Counted from the first letter of the stretch, positions 39,338 to 50,359 are shown. The stretch: DNA of 64,000 nucleotides from Candidatus Zhuqueibacterota bacterium (GCA_049322915.1 JBMOPW010000035.1:96001-160000); one strand, 5' to 3'. Notes: a model not told the origin generated them from the sequence alone. Made by a program: numbers and translations.

Positions 39338-40143
39338 GCGCATCACACAGGTATCAGCAATGGATTGATTCTGTGAAATGTGGCGCTCAATTTCTGCATG
39401 TAGTCCACATGCTTCCGGGGTGGCCCAGGAACGTCACCCCGAAAGCATGGCGCAGAGCACCATCCCCAATTTCCAATCGATCGAGATGCCATTCTTGGAG
39501 GGCATTGACTTCCCGCTCCCTCTCCTCTTCCCTGTTGGGCCAACAGAGACGACCGTCGGATCGTCCCTTCCCTGACAGACGCCGGACATAATCGCTGCCA
39601 GTCGCTCAGCCAATTTCGAAAATCCTCCTCGGACATGGGGATTACTCGGTGGCTTTGGTTGAAAATGACGGGCAGGACTTCAGGACGCAGCTCTCATGCA
39701 ATTTCTTTCACTCATGAGTGTGCAATTTCTCTCCTACACTGGGACGGTCCAGGAATTTTTCCCTATTTAACATCTTATTTTCAAGAGATTAACTCAGGAC
39801 GATCCACTCTTGCCTTTGTGGTACAATATTTGATGGTTACACAAAGATAACATGCTGGTTTTCATTGATAGCAATTCCCCGAATGACGCGCACCATCGAA
39901 TGAAACACTGACATGGTCCTAATGCCGTAGAATTCTTCATCTCAAATGCACTCTTCGAAAGTGCAACCAACCATAGGGTTCAATGCAAGTTGATGAAACC
40001 ATGGACTTATTGCGGCATCATTTTTTCAAAACCACACTATTGTGGAGCAATGCCTTCAAAAATCTAATGGTTAAAGCTCATGAACTGTCTAAAAAATATG
40101 TGCAGGCAGAATCGTTTTATGTCTGCAAATTCGGAGATCCTCT

Positions 40144-42384
40144 ATGAAATCATTCAAATGGCTGGTCAGCCTGCTGTTCCTTTTCCAACTCGTTCACCCT
40201 CTCTTCGCACAACAATCAAAAATTGAAGGCAAAGTATTCGATATCAATACGCATCGCGCCGTTCCCTACGTGAATATTTACGTCAAAGGCACCCAAATCG
40301 GTACTGTCAGCGATATCTCCGGCAAATTTTCCCTGACAATCCCCGGGCCGGACGCGCAGATGATCATCGTTTTTCAGCACATCAACTATGACGTTTACGA
40401 AATACATCTCGCCGCTATCTCATCAGCCCTCGAATTGTATCTGCAACCCCGCGTGCTGCCGTTGCCGGAGGTCAGGGTGGAAGCAATCGGCGAAAGGCTG
40501 GAGATTCAAAAGGACATACCGCAGGTTATATCCATCATTGACTCAAAGAGTTTTGATGTACGCGGCTATGTGGATGCCGGCGATTTGCTGCGAACCGACC
40601 ACTCGGTTCAGGTTGAAGAGCAATTGAGCGGTAAAAAAACAATCTCCATCCGCGGCGGCAATCCGGACGATGTGGTGGTTCTGTACAATGGCATCAAAAT
40701 GAACAGCGAGTTCAACAATGTCTTCGATTTCTCGCTGGTCGATCTGGAAGATATTGATCGGCTCGAAGTCATCAAAGGCAGCAATACCGTGCTGTACGGA
40801 TCCGAAGCGTTTTCCGGCGTCATCAATATTGTCCCCAAACTGCGGCAGGATTATTCGCTGCGATTCCAGCAGAGAATCGGCACCTATGATTCGGGCAATT
40901 ACGGTGTGCACGTCTACCAAAAAATCGGTAATTTACTGGGCTCCTATCGGTTTCGTCAGGGCGGAGCAAAACGCGATTTTGCCGATTCCGGCGAGGATCA
41001 GTCGCTGGAAAATAGATCAATGCATCACTCCGCCAATATTGACTATGTTATATCCGAGGGGCCCGGCGGTATCGCAATGAGCACGGTCGGCGCCACTTTC
41101 ATTCAATCCTCCCTGGAATATATTGACAACCGCGACGATGAGAGACTCACCAACGCCAGCCAGATCATCGGCCTGCATTTCACCGGTGACATATTCCGCC
41201 TGCGGAATCTGAACCTGTCCATCTCGCAGAAATGGCTGGATGAGGATCAAACCATCTCCAGCGATGCCGGCGGATTGGACCGAAACATCGAAGACAAATC
41301 GCTCCAGATTCATGCGCAAAAGACATTCATATTCAAAAATGCCGAATTGTTGCTGGGATATCAGTACGAGGGGGCGCATCTGGATTTCTATGATTTTCGG
41401 ACGGATGCAAGCTGGATAGACCTGGAAGAAGCCTCTGCCTCACTCCAGCGGGACCGGCACGGTGCAATTTCTATTTTGAAAGTACATGCCCCGAGCGGTT
41501 CCGATATTGTGAAAACAGTGGATTTCGATTTGAGCTATCGCTACGACGCTGTCACGGACAAATTGAACGAGAAATCCAACCTGAATTCGCCCTACGAACT
41601 TGGCGAATTCACCGGCGATAACTGGGATGAATCCATGCTGAAATTTGCCTCTGTCTTCTCCGGCTATCGCAACGACTATGCGTTCAACATTTTTATGAAC
41701 TACGGCAGGAATGTCAAGTTTCCCACACTTTCGCAATTGATCAGCTCGCAACTGGCCATCACCTCGACGATCATTCAACCGGATCTGAATCCGGAAAAAA
41801 ATCAGAGCATGGAAATCGGACTCAATCTCAAACGGGATTTGAGCAGTCACCCCACTATTTACGGTTGGGAAATATCCGGCAATTACATGAAGAACTATTA
41901 TGAAAACAAAATCGTGGCCTATTTCACGCCGGGAATTCCCGTGGCTTTTTATAATATGGTGCCGGATGCGCGCATTTCAGGATTCGAAACCAAGACGCGG
42001 GTCTTTTTTCTCAAGAAAAAAGTGACGCTGGAATTTGGTTATTCGCGGTATTCCATCCCGGAGAAATCGGCTTTCCCATTCAAATACGATATGAAGCGGA
42101 CGGTGAATTTCATGATCGACCATGCCGGCTACTCGTTCCAGATCCACTGGTTCAAAGAGGGCGAGCAGATTGGACTGATCCGCCAATTCAGCGGGTACTT
42201 CGATCAGACAACATTGCCCGAATTTTCCAGTGTCGATATTCATCTGAGCAAGACGTTCTCTTTTGGCAAGTTCAAAATCTTCGGCAACTTCAGCGGAAGG
42301 AATTTAACTAACGATAAAGTGGAGTTGGAGGGCCTGGCGCTTCGCGACCGAAGAATATATTTCACAATTGGCGCTCAGTATTGA
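40144..42384 (+). CDS. TonB-dependent receptor with N-terminal carboxypeptidase-regulatory-like domain
   Basis: Signal peptide, 'G.V.D…VPYVNI…GT.SD..GKFSL', plug motifs SIRGG and LEVIKGS…YG..A..GVINI, C-terminal aromatic residue. Confidence 0.92.
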   Translation: MKSFKWLVSLLFLFQLVHPLFAQQSKIEGKVFDINTHRAVPYVNIYVKGTQIGTVSDISGKFSLTIPGPDAQMIIVFQHINYDVYEIHLAAISSALELYLQPRVLPLPEVRVEAIGERLEIQKDIPQVISIIDSKSFDVRGYVDAGDLLRTDHSVQVEEQLSGKKTISIRGGNPDDVVVLYNGIKMNSEFNNVFDFSLVDLEDIDRLEVIKGSNTVLYGSEAFSGVINIVPKLRQDYSLRFQQRIGTYDSGNYGVHVYQKIGNLLGSYRFRQGGAKRDFADSGEDQSLENRSMHHSANIDYVISEGPGGIAMSTVGATFIQSSLEYIDNRDDERLTNASQIIGLHFTGDIFRLRNLNLSISQKWLDEDQTISSDAGGLDRNIEDKSLQIHAQKTFIFKNAELLLGYQYEGAHLDFYDFRTDASWIDLEEASASLQRDRHGAISILKVHAPSGSDIVKTVDFDLSYRYDAVTDKLNEKSNLNSPYELGEFTGDNWDESMLKFASVFSGYRNDYAFNIFMNYGRNVKFPTLSQLISSQLAITSTIIQPDLNPEKNQSMEIGLNLKRDLSSHPTIYGWEISGNYMKNYYENKIVAYFTPGIPVAFYNMVPDARISGFETKTRVFFLKKKVTLEFGYSRYSIPEKSAFPFKYDMKRTVNFMIDHAGYSFQIHWFKEGEQIGLIRQFSGYFDQTTLPEFSSVDIHLSKTFSFGKFKIFGNFSGRNLTNDKVELEGLALRDRRIYFTIGAQY

Positions 42385-42447
42385 TAGCAAACTGACCGTT
42401 CAGAAATCGATAGCAGTCATATCCTTCAAACTCAAAGGACTATTTTC

Positions 42448-43317
42448 ATGAACGCTTATTTTCGCCTGCATCTCTCTATGCTTTTTTTTGCCGGCATTCT
42501 CATTGCGCTCGCCTGTACGAAAAATCCTTTTGGTGATGACGATATTTCTTCGGAAGCGCAGACAATCCACGGGACGGTTTCGCTTCAGCGCGATACGCCT
42601 GAAGGCGTGTATGTCTGGCTGGAAGGATTCAACCTGGGCACCTTCAGCGACACCAGCGGCGCGTTTGAATTGAAGCTCCCCTCTTCCTCCCGTTTCGCCA
42701 ATTTGACCGGCAATTTCCATCTCTATTTCTTCGTCGCAAACTACGCCATCGACACAGCCAGCGTGGTCATTCACAACGGCGAGGTGAAATTTGCACTCGG
42801 CGATCTGGATGAGAATGGAAAATTAAACCGCACCATCCACCTCATCAAATTAATGCATATTAAATTAGCTGCAAAGGAATCGGTTTTCGACGACGCAATT
42901 CCCCTGCGCGATATTGGGAAGGTGGCAATGGAATTGACTTTCACGGCCATCAAAGAGGCAGTGACCGCTGAGTTCCCGCGCAAAACCGAGGGGCCGCTGT
43001 GCATCATTTTTATGCAGCGCATTTCGCCGGACAATGATATTCAGAAGATGGTTTTAACAAATCCCCTGGCGTTGGAAAGCGACCTGGCATCCGATAATAT
43101 TACAACAGATCCCCGCTATTGGACGGGCAGCTTCAATAAAAGGACGCTGGAACTGCCCATCGGCGCATACAAAATCACCCCGTACTGCCTTATCCATCAA
43201 CCAGGGCTGCCGGACGCATTGGTTAAGAATTTTTGTAGAGACAAAAACAATCCGACGATCGACTTCGTCAATTTACCGATGAAAATTGAAGGTGGAATTT
43301 TTGAGACATATAATTAA
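42448..43317 (+). CDS. Lipoprotein of unknown function (paralog A)
   Basis: Lipobox ALA-C(TKNPF). Similar along its length to 43412-44278. Confidence 0.85.
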   Translation: MNAYFRLHLSMLFFAGILIALACTKNPFGDDDISSEAQTIHGTVSLQRDTPEGVYVWLEGFNLGTFSDTSGAFELKLPSSSRFANLTGNFHLYFFVANYAIDTASVVIHNGEVKFALGDLDENGKLNRTIHLIKLMHIKLAAKESVFDDAIPLRDIGKVAMELTFTAIKEAVTAEFPRKTEGPLCIIFMQRISPDNDIQKMVLTNPLALESDLASDNITTDPRYWTGSFNKRTLELPIGAYKITPYCLIHQPGLPDALVKNFCRDKNNPTIDFVNLPMKIEGGIFETYN

Positions 43318-43411
43318 ACTGTGAAACTTTCAACTCAGAGCTCGTATCTACAGGTAACAAAATTCGTTAACTATCGATTTCCATCACCCTATTTAACCGG
43401 CGAATCGCGCC

Positions 43412-44278
43412 ATGCCATTCACCCACTTCAAAATCATGTTTCTCACTGCGGCCATGCTTCTCGTCGCATGCACGGAGAATCCATTTTTCGATGACTCGAT
43501 TAAACCTCAGAACAGAACGTTTCGGGGACAGGTGGTATTGAGCGACCATGCGGCGCCGGACCAGGTGTATGTCTGGCTGGAAGGTTTTGATATTGGCGTA
43601 TGGACGGATGAGAAAGGGAATTTTGAGATACAACTGCCCACGCCGGGAACGCAAGCCGGTGAGGGAGTCACCGGGACATATAAATTGTTTTACTATCTGG
43701 CAAATTTTAAACTGGATTCTTCCTTCATCATGCTGAAAAATGGTGACGTGCTGCGTTCCGCCGGTGACCTGAACGAGAAGGCAGAAATCATGCAGTCGAA
43801 ATATCTGAACAAAATTTTGAAGATACGCACTGAAATTGAACCGGCCATTGTCTTCGATGACTACAGGGGAGGTTTCACCATCACGCTGTCCCTGGAGCCG
43901 CTCATCGATTCGGTCTTCGTGAAATTCCCGGATAAATCCGAAGGGCCGGTGGCCATCCTTCTCTTGGAGAGTATAATCCCAGAACAAGGCTATTTCGAAG
44001 TGGTGGATGTCAATGGTTTTGCGCTCTCCGCGCCTTTGATCGCCGACTCGCTCACACTGGTGCCCAAAACCTGGCGAGCTGGCTTCAGTCTGAATCTGAA
44101 AAAACTTCCCAAAGGCCGCTATCGAATTATTCCCTATTTCCTGATCGATCAGGGATTGATACCCTATGATCTCATGAATGATTTTGGAGTGAATTTCAGT
44201 CATCCGGTTCACGATTTCATCAACGTGCCGATCAAGCGTGAAGGCGGAGAGCTGGAGGTCAAGGAAGTCAGTAAATAG
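43412..44278 (+). CDS. Lipoprotein of unknown function (paralog B)
   Basis: Lipobox LVA-C(TENPF). Shares VYVWLEGF, AN[YF], EGP, G.Y.I.PY and P.K.EGG with paralog A. Confidence 0.85.
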   Translation: MPFTHFKIMFLTAAMLLVACTENPFFDDSIKPQNRTFRGQVVLSDHAAPDQVYVWLEGFDIGVWTDEKGNFEIQLPTPGTQAGEGVTGTYKLFYYLANFKLDSSFIMLKNGDVLRSAGDLNEKAEIMQSKYLNKILKIRTEIEPAIVFDDYRGGFTITLSLEPLIDSVFVKFPDKSEGPVAILLLESIIPEQGYFEVVDVNGFALSAPLIADSLTLVPKTWRAGFSLNLKKLPKGRYRIIPYFLIDQGLIPYDLMNDFGVNFSHPVHDFINVPIKREGGELEVKEVSK

Positions 44279-44352
44279 CCATCTCCTTGCTATAATTTTT
44301 TAGCCAACCAAAAACATCACTTCTGTATCAGCCCACCTCATTGGCGCTAAAA

Positions 44353-45135
44353 TCACTCCGGTTTCACTGTTGCCTTTTCCTGAGTCGACCATGCTTTTGC
44401 GGGCAGCTCGTCGCGTTCGTCTTTCACGAGCCCGATGAATAGCTGCTCCAGCGAAGAATTCTGCGCCCTCAAATCTTCCCATTCCTGACGAATCAATTCC
44501 TTCAGAATTTTACCCTGGTGCAAAATAATAATCCTGTCGCACAAATGTTCGACGGTTTCAATGATATGCGATGAAAAGAGTACCGTTCCTCCGGCGGTGC
44601 AGAACTGTTTCAGGTAAGATTTGAACTGATAGCTGCTCTCCGGGTCAAGCCCGTTGGTGGCTTCGTCCAGGAACAGGATTTTCGGCTCGCCCACAAGCGC
44701 CGCGCAGATGCTCATTTTTCGGCGCATGCCCTGGGAATAATTTTTGATCAGATCATTTCGCTTCGACGTCAGATTGAAGAAATCCAGCCAGCGATCAATT
44801 TCTTTCCTTCTCTTCACCTGCGGGACTTTTCTGGCAGCAGTGATGAATTGAAGAAACTCTGCGCCGGTGAGGTAATCGTACAACAAGGGATTCTCCGGCG
44901 CGTAGCCGACAATCTGTTTATAACCAGTTTCACCAAAGGTTATCGGTTGCCCCGCAATCCGAAATGAACCGGAGTCCGGTTCGAGAATGCCCATGAGCAT
45001 GTTGAACAGCGTTGATTTGCCCGCGCCATTCAGACCCAGCAATCCGCACAACTGTCCAGCGTCGATCTTCAGCGTGATGTTTTTCAGCGCCTGCACGTTT
45101 TCGAAATATTTATCGATCAGGTCAATTTGAATCAT
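44353..45135 (-). CDS. ABC transporter ATP-binding protein (ABC-2/exporter type)
   Basis: GLNGAGKST, YSQGMRRK, LDEATNGLDP and SSH. Start MIQID at the ATGA overlap. Confidence 0.93.
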   Translation of the reverse strand: MIQIDLIDKYFENVQALKNITLKIDAGQLCGLLGLNGAGKSTLFNMLMGILEPDSGSFRIAGQPITFGETGYKQIVGYAPENPLLYDYLTGAEFLQFITAARKVPQVKRRKEIDRWLDFFNLTSKRNDLIKNYSQGMRRKMSICAALVGEPKILFLDEATNGLDPESSYQFKSYLKQFCTAGGTVLFSSHIIETVEHLCDRIIILHQGKILKELIRQEWEDLRAQNSSLEQLFIGLVKDERDELPAKAWSTQEKATVKPE

Positions 45136-46511
45136 GGTATCTCCAGGTTTTGAAAATGTCTCTGCGATTTCCGGATCCAAAAAACCATCACGGCCAACAG
45201 GATCAAGGATCCGAAGGGCATAAAAAACCAGAACAGAAAAATCATAATAATTGAAATTGAAATGATGTAACCGCTGAGATTGAAATGAGGAAACAGGCCA
45301 AAACCGCCATTGCAAAAAATCGTGGCCATGATGGCCGGGAGGAATACGGCGCCCGCGAACGCGAACAGAATGAATTCACCGGTCAATCCGAATTTGAGGA
45401 GCGCCGCAATCAACGACAAGACAGCCGGGGTCGCGATGATTCCGAAAACGAGCAGCCATCGGGCGAACCACAGTGTCGCAGCAGTCAGAGGCAGGGATCG
45501 GAGCAGATGCGCGACCTCCGCGTCCCATTCGAAGAATTTGAGCATTGTCCCAATCATCAGAAAGCTGAAAATAGCCTCCAGAAAAATCAGGCTGACGTAA
45601 ACCGCGCTGCTGTTATCCTCGGCCACGACAACTGCAAGGGAAACAGCCGTTGTTATCAGCGGAATAATGGCCGAGCCGGATTTCCTTCGCCACATCAGAA
45701 GCATATCCCGCATCACGCTCGCCTGTACGGCACCGCCGGAAATACTCCGGGTCCGAGCACTTCGTCCTTTGCGGAGCGGCTGAGAACGCCTCCGGGGGCG
45801 GGCCTGCTTTTGTTTCAGGACGAATGTTTTGCGACAATGAACGAGCAGCGCTGAAAAGGCTAGCAAGACCGGCAGCAAGCAGGCCGCTGCACCCGCCGAC
45901 TCTGCGCTCAGGCATGCACCCACCTTCGGGCCTGTGCCGATTAACAACGCCAGCATCGCGAACTCAACCGGCAACCACACCAGCATATTTGGCACGTTTG
46001 AAAAATAAGCATGCCGGAAACGAAACGCCTGATAAAACGAGGCTAATTGCAGCAGCAACAGCACTCCCAGCGCCGCGACGAACTGGACGATTCGCACGTG
46101 GCCGAGGTTCGCCGATGCGAGCAAAAAGGGCAATGCGCCAACCAGAAGCAATAGCCCGGTTTTTCCAACATGGCGGAAGAGAAAATAGTCGGCAATGGTT
46201 CTCCTCCCCAGTGGCAGCGCACCCAACAGTTGCCATTCTCTGGTAACTCTCAGCGTGAACAAAGCGAAGAGTTGAGCGAGGACGAAGTAGGCAATCATGA
46301 AATACCTGCCAAAGAATATGGCCCACTGAGCTGGAAATTGTTCGTCGCTCAACCATGTGAAATTATAGCCAATATCCGCCGGAGAGCGCACCAGCAGCAG
46401 TGCAAGGATCGCGACGATCACGAGGAGTTCCAGAGTCGTCTTCCGATCAAAATGATGCCTGAGATAATTTTTATAGTAGGTGAGGCGGGTCTTCAAAAGA
46501 AGGATCAGCAT
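45132..46511 (-). CDS. Putative ABC exporter permease
   Basis: About 11-12 TM segments in two halves, each with an 'L..LPL' motif. Translationally coupled to the ATPase. Confidence 0.8.
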   Translation of the reverse strand: MLILLLKTRLTYYKNYLRHHFDRKTTLELLVIVAILALLLVRSPADIGYNFTWLSDEQFPAQWAIFFGRYFMIAYFVLAQLFALFTLRVTREWQLLGALPLGRRTIADYFLFRHVGKTGLLLLVGALPFLLASANLGHVRIVQFVAALGVLLLLQLASFYQAFRFRHAYFSNVPNMLVWLPVEFAMLALLIGTGPKVGACLSAESAGAAACLLPVLLAFSALLVHCRKTFVLKQKQARPRRRSQPLRKGRSARTRSISGGAVQASVMRDMLLMWRRKSGSAIIPLITTAVSLAVVVAEDNSSAVYVSLIFLEAIFSFLMIGTMLKFFEWDAEVAHLLRSLPLTAATLWFARWLLVFGIIATPAVLSLIAALLKFGLTGEFILFAFAGAVFLPAIMATIFCNGGFGLFPHFNLSGYIISISIIMIFLFWFFMPFGSLILLAVMVFWIRKSQRHFQNLEIP

Positions 46512-46685
46512 AGATTTGGCCTTTTTTTCATAATGATATTCATTAAACTCGATTTCACAAAATATTATCCCGTTTTTTTCAACGGTTGATTTTTTAAATC
46601 AATCACATCCGGACAAGGCGCGAATCGGTCCTGCCAGCCCTACATCTTGCGATGAATTATCATTTTGTCACAACAGGTATTTTTG

Positions 46686-46714
46686 TTGACAGGGGAAAAT
46701 TATTTTATTATATT
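46686..46714 (+). promoter_or_regulatory. Sigma70-type promoter for the CHAT gene
   Basis: TTGACA-N17-TATATT. Confidence 0.55.
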
Positions 46715-46923
46715 CAACCTGGCCTTTTTTGCTTACCCTTTATAATTTTAATTCTCTTAACCCTCTTTCGTAGTGTGACTGTTTTAAGAATATTAAAGTT
46801 GCCCTGATCACGATCGGATGAAATCAACACCTGATCTTATTTTCCCGGCACGAAAAACTGAAATCAGCCCTAACATCTTTTTCAGCGCTGAGAATTGATG
46901 AAAATCTCTCATCCCAATTTCCC

Positions 46924-49900
46924 ATGAACACTGCACGTCATCAACATCGATCGAAACGTATTGTTTGTCTGATTGTTTTGCTGCTCCTCACACAGCCGTT
47001 GACGGGGGCGAATGCCGCTAAAGAACAGTCGGACAAACTGCTGCTGATTGAGTATTACCGTCTTCTGGAACTCATGCAGGACACTCCTCCGCCGCAGAAG
47101 ATCGTTCTGCTCCATGAGTTTATGGAATCACGGGCGGATTTCGAGGATATTTACATGTATCTTTTCGATCAATACTTGCTCAGCAATTTGCTAGACGATG
47201 CAGCGGATTATTTCCAGTCGCTTCTCTCGCATGGTAAAAGCGAATCCAACTGTCTCTGGATGCTGGCGAAAATTTATGCCAGTCAGGACCAACACCATCT
47301 GGCCCGGGAAATGTATCTCAAGGGGTTGAATGCTGCCGCTCCCTCGCTGGCGCTGGCCGAAGATGCAGTCGATTATTTTTGCAGCCAGGGTCAAAGCCAG
47401 CAATTGAAGCATGTACAGGCAGGCCGGGTTTATAAGACATGCATTCTCGCATTGACCGAACTCGAGCAAGCGCGCTACCAGAAAGCGCTGTCACTTTTCA
47501 TTGACTTGAATAAAACCGGACTGCATCCGATTTTCTGTCAGTATTATTGCGGTTACTGCAATTTCAAATTAGCGCGCTATGATGACGCAGCAGCCTGCTG
47601 GCAGAATAGCCTCGACGCTTCCCGATTACAGGGCGCGTTGCGCCAGGAAGCGCTCATTCTGGTCGGGCTGGGAGCGCTCTCCTACACCCGGGGTCGCTAT
47701 TCCCACGCGTCGCATTTTCTCGAACTGGCTGAGAAAATCATCTCGCGCATCGACGATTTTCGCATCGAGGAATATGCCACCGGCCATCATGCGGAGTTCG
47801 AGCTCAGCCAGGGGAATCACGAGCGAGCGATTTCCCGATTCGAACGGGCGGCGCAACTTTCGCTATCGCTGCATGAATTCGACCATGCTGCAGCCTGGTA
47901 TCTCGGCAAAGGCCGCGCGCTGTTCAGTGCGGACAGCCTGAATGCCGTTCTCCCCTGTCTCGAAACGAGCGAACACTATGCCCGACTGAAACAGAATCCG
48001 GCAATGCTGTTGGAATTGCGAATGGAGCGCGGACGTTTCTACCATCATCTCAACCTGACCGAACTGGCAAGACATGAATTTGTCGCCGCAGTGCAGGCAG
48101 CCAGGGAATTGGACTGGCCGTGCAAACTCGAAATCGCCCTCGACCGCTATGCTGAAATGCTCATCAGGGAAAAGCGATTTCTTGAAGCGCGTCGCATCTA
48201 TGGCAACTTTGTCAACGCGATAGTTCCCGGCTCAGAACCGGGGCGATTGTCGCATATTCACTGGAAGATCGGCGAGACCTACCGGTTGCAGGATTCTCTC
48301 AGGACGGCCCGGGCACACTATAGCCAGGCGCTCGAATTCGCGCTGCGCCAGCAGGATCACAATGAGGCGGCGTTGGCCAACTTGCGTCTGGGCGATGTCC
48401 AGCTTGGGCTCCGTCATTTTGACGATGCCATTCAATTCTATAACGAAGCGCTGCTGGCCGATTTTACCACTGAGAACTGGGAATTGCAGATTGAATTGAA
48501 TATGGGCATGGGCCATGCCTATCGCGGAAAAAAGGAATTGGATCGGGCGATCATGTTCTATAACCGCGCGGCGAATGTCATCGAGGAAAACAGGGGGAAG
48601 TTGATGGCCGCCCAATTTCGGTTGGGGTACTTCAGCCGGGGCGCCAGTGTCTACGACGCGCTGATTCAGGCCTATTTCGAACGGTACCGGCAACGTCAGG
48701 ACAACACAGTGCAGGAGCGGCTTTTCCATTGCATGGAAATGAGCCGCGCGCGCGTCCTTCGGGATTTAAAAAACAATGGCGCCGCGAGGCCGGGCGCCAA
48801 TTCCGATTATCGGCGCGCGTGCGAAGAGCTGGAACGAATTCAACGCTATCTGCGGCTTCATCCCGAATCAGAGGACTCGCTGAAAACCGAACTCGAAGCG
48901 GCGCGGTACAATTCCATCAACCGCCGGCTGATGCTGATGAACAAGGCGAATGCCGAAACTCCGGCGAATGCGCTGACCCTGAATGACCTCCGCGCCGGGC
49001 TGGAGCACACGGATTTCGGATTGCTTTTCTATCACATCTCCGAATATCAGTCTTTTGTCCTGATTGTGAATCAGGACCAGGTCGTCATCCTTCCGATGGA
49101 GGTCGATGGGTCACATCTGGCGAGTCAGGTCGATTCGTTGATTTCGCCCTTCACCAACGTGACAGTCGAATCGCTGCCGGAGACCCGTTTTCGCGCGGAT
49201 ATTGCCCATCGGCTGTACACCTTGCTGATTCAACCTGCCGAAAAAAAAGTAGCGCTGAAAAACAATTTGATCATCATCCCGGATTTTCCATTGACCAGCC
49301 TGCCTTTCGAATTGCTCCTGACCAAGCTGCCTCGCTGCGCTGCCTATGCTCCAGGCGATAGCGGCGACTATGCCGATTCGTTTTTACTCCATCGCTACTC
49401 GTTCATTTACAGCCCTTCCACCTGGCTCATTGAGGACAAAGCCGGGCCAGCGCCATCGGTCCCCGGCATCTTGATTCTGGCAAATCCGACGAACGACCAT
49501 CTTCCCCATTACGATCTGTCCTCTGCAGCAAGGCCTTCGCGCTGGGCCACCGATCTGCTGCTGTTCGCGGACGAGGAAGCGCAGAATATCAAGCGGAGCG
49601 GGAAACGGGTGAAAATATTTCATCGGAACACAGCGACGCGGGATAGTCTTTTTGCCCATGCCCGGAGCTATCCGATCATCCATTTCGCCACCCATGCGTT
49701 TGTGGACAGCGTGTTCGATGCCTTTTCCGGGCTGGTATTGGCGCCGGGCGTGGACGCCGCGGATGACGGTTTGCTCATGGGCTACGAAATTGCCGATGCC
49801 CATTTGCCCTGCGAGCTGATCACGCTGAGCGCCTGCGAAACTGCCAGGGGTAACATGCTGCCTGGCGAAGGTATTCTGGGGCTCCCCCGACTATTCTTCA

Positions 49901-50256
49901 GTTCCGGAGCGCGCAACGTACTCATGACCCATTGGAACGTCGACGATAAATTCACATCCAAACTGATGCCCCGATTTTACGACTATCTACTGGAAGAGAA
50001 TCTCTCCAAATCCGAGGCTCTAAAACAGGCGCAACTTTCGCTGATTCGAGCGACGAATGAAGGGAGCCAGTTAATTTACCATCACCCTGTGTACTGGGCG
50101 TCTTTTGTGTTGTACGGCATGCCGGACATCAGCACCGATTACTTCGTGAAAAATGGGAATCTCCGTCCAACGTTGATTGTTGTTTTCGCGCTTGCCCTCC
50201 TCCTCGGTCTGCTCATTCGTTTTTCTCATAGACGTTCTTCGAAAAGCATTGCATGA
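46924..50256 (+). CDS. Exported TPR-repeat CHAT (caspase-like) protease with C-terminal membrane anchor
   Basis: Signal peptide (…LTGANA), long TPR array, E..RAR, IIPD..L..LPFELL, catalytic HFATH and LSACET, HPVYWASF, then a C-terminal TM with a basic tail. Confidence 0.92.
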   Translation: MNTARHQHRSKRIVCLIVLLLLTQPLTGANAAKEQSDKLLLIEYYRLLELMQDTPPPQKIVLLHEFMESRADFEDIYMYLFDQYLLSNLLDDAADYFQSLLSHGKSESNCLWMLAKIYASQDQHHLAREMYLKGLNAAAPSLALAEDAVDYFCSQGQSQQLKHVQAGRVYKTCILALTELEQARYQKALSLFIDLNKTGLHPIFCQYYCGYCNFKLARYDDAAACWQNSLDASRLQGALRQEALILVGLGALSYTRGRYSHASHFLELAEKIISRIDDFRIEEYATGHHAEFELSQGNHERAISRFERAAQLSLSLHEFDHAAAWYLGKGRALFSADSLNAVLPCLETSEHYARLKQNPAMLLELRMERGRFYHHLNLTELARHEFVAAVQAARELDWPCKLEIALDRYAEMLIREKRFLEARRIYGNFVNAIVPGSEPGRLSHIHWKIGETYRLQDSLRTARAHYSQALEFALRQQDHNEAALANLRLGDVQLGLRHFDDAIQFYNEALLADFTTENWELQIELNMGMGHAYRGKKELDRAIMFYNRAANVIEENRGKLMAAQFRLGYFSRGASVYDALIQAYFERYRQRQDNTVQERLFHCMEMSRARVLRDLKNNGAARPGANSDYRRACEELERIQRYLRLHPESEDSLKTELEAARYNSINRRLMLMNKANAETPANALTLNDLRAGLEHTDFGLLFYHISEYQSFVLIVNQDQVVILPMEVDGSHLASQVDSLISPFTNVTVESLPETRFRADIAHRLYTLLIQPAEKKVALKNNLIIIPDFPLTSLPFELLLTKLPRCAAYAPGDSGDYADSFLLHRYSFIYSPSTWLIEDKAGPAPSVPGILILANPTNDHLPHYDLSSAARPSRWATDLLLFADEEAQNIKRSGKRVKIFHRNTATRDSLFAHARSYPIIHFATHAFVDSVFDAFSGLVLAPGVDAADDGLLMGYEIADAHLPCELITLSACETARGNMLPGEGILGLPRLFFSSGARNVLMTHWNVDDKFTSKLMPRFYDYLLEENLSKSEALKQAQLSLIRATNEGSQLIYHHPVYWASFVLYGMPDISTDYFVKNGNLRPTLIVVFALALLLGLLIRFSHRRSSKSIA

Positions 50257-50330
50257 TAAATAGATTTTAAGTGTATCGATCCTGCCTTCGATCATCATGC
50301 ACTGCGGTGAACATTTAATTAAAAATTACC

Positions 50331-50359
50331 TTGACTTTCTAAGTTTTGTTATTTATCTT
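50331..50359 (+). promoter_or_regulatory. Sigma70-type promoter for the propeller gene
   Basis: TTGACT-N17-TATCTT. Confidence 0.5.

Noticed and set aside
46924..50256. CRISPR type III-E Csx29 (Craspase) component
   Set aside because: There is no Cas7-11, Csx30/31 or array nearby, and the protein has a signal peptide and TM anchor.
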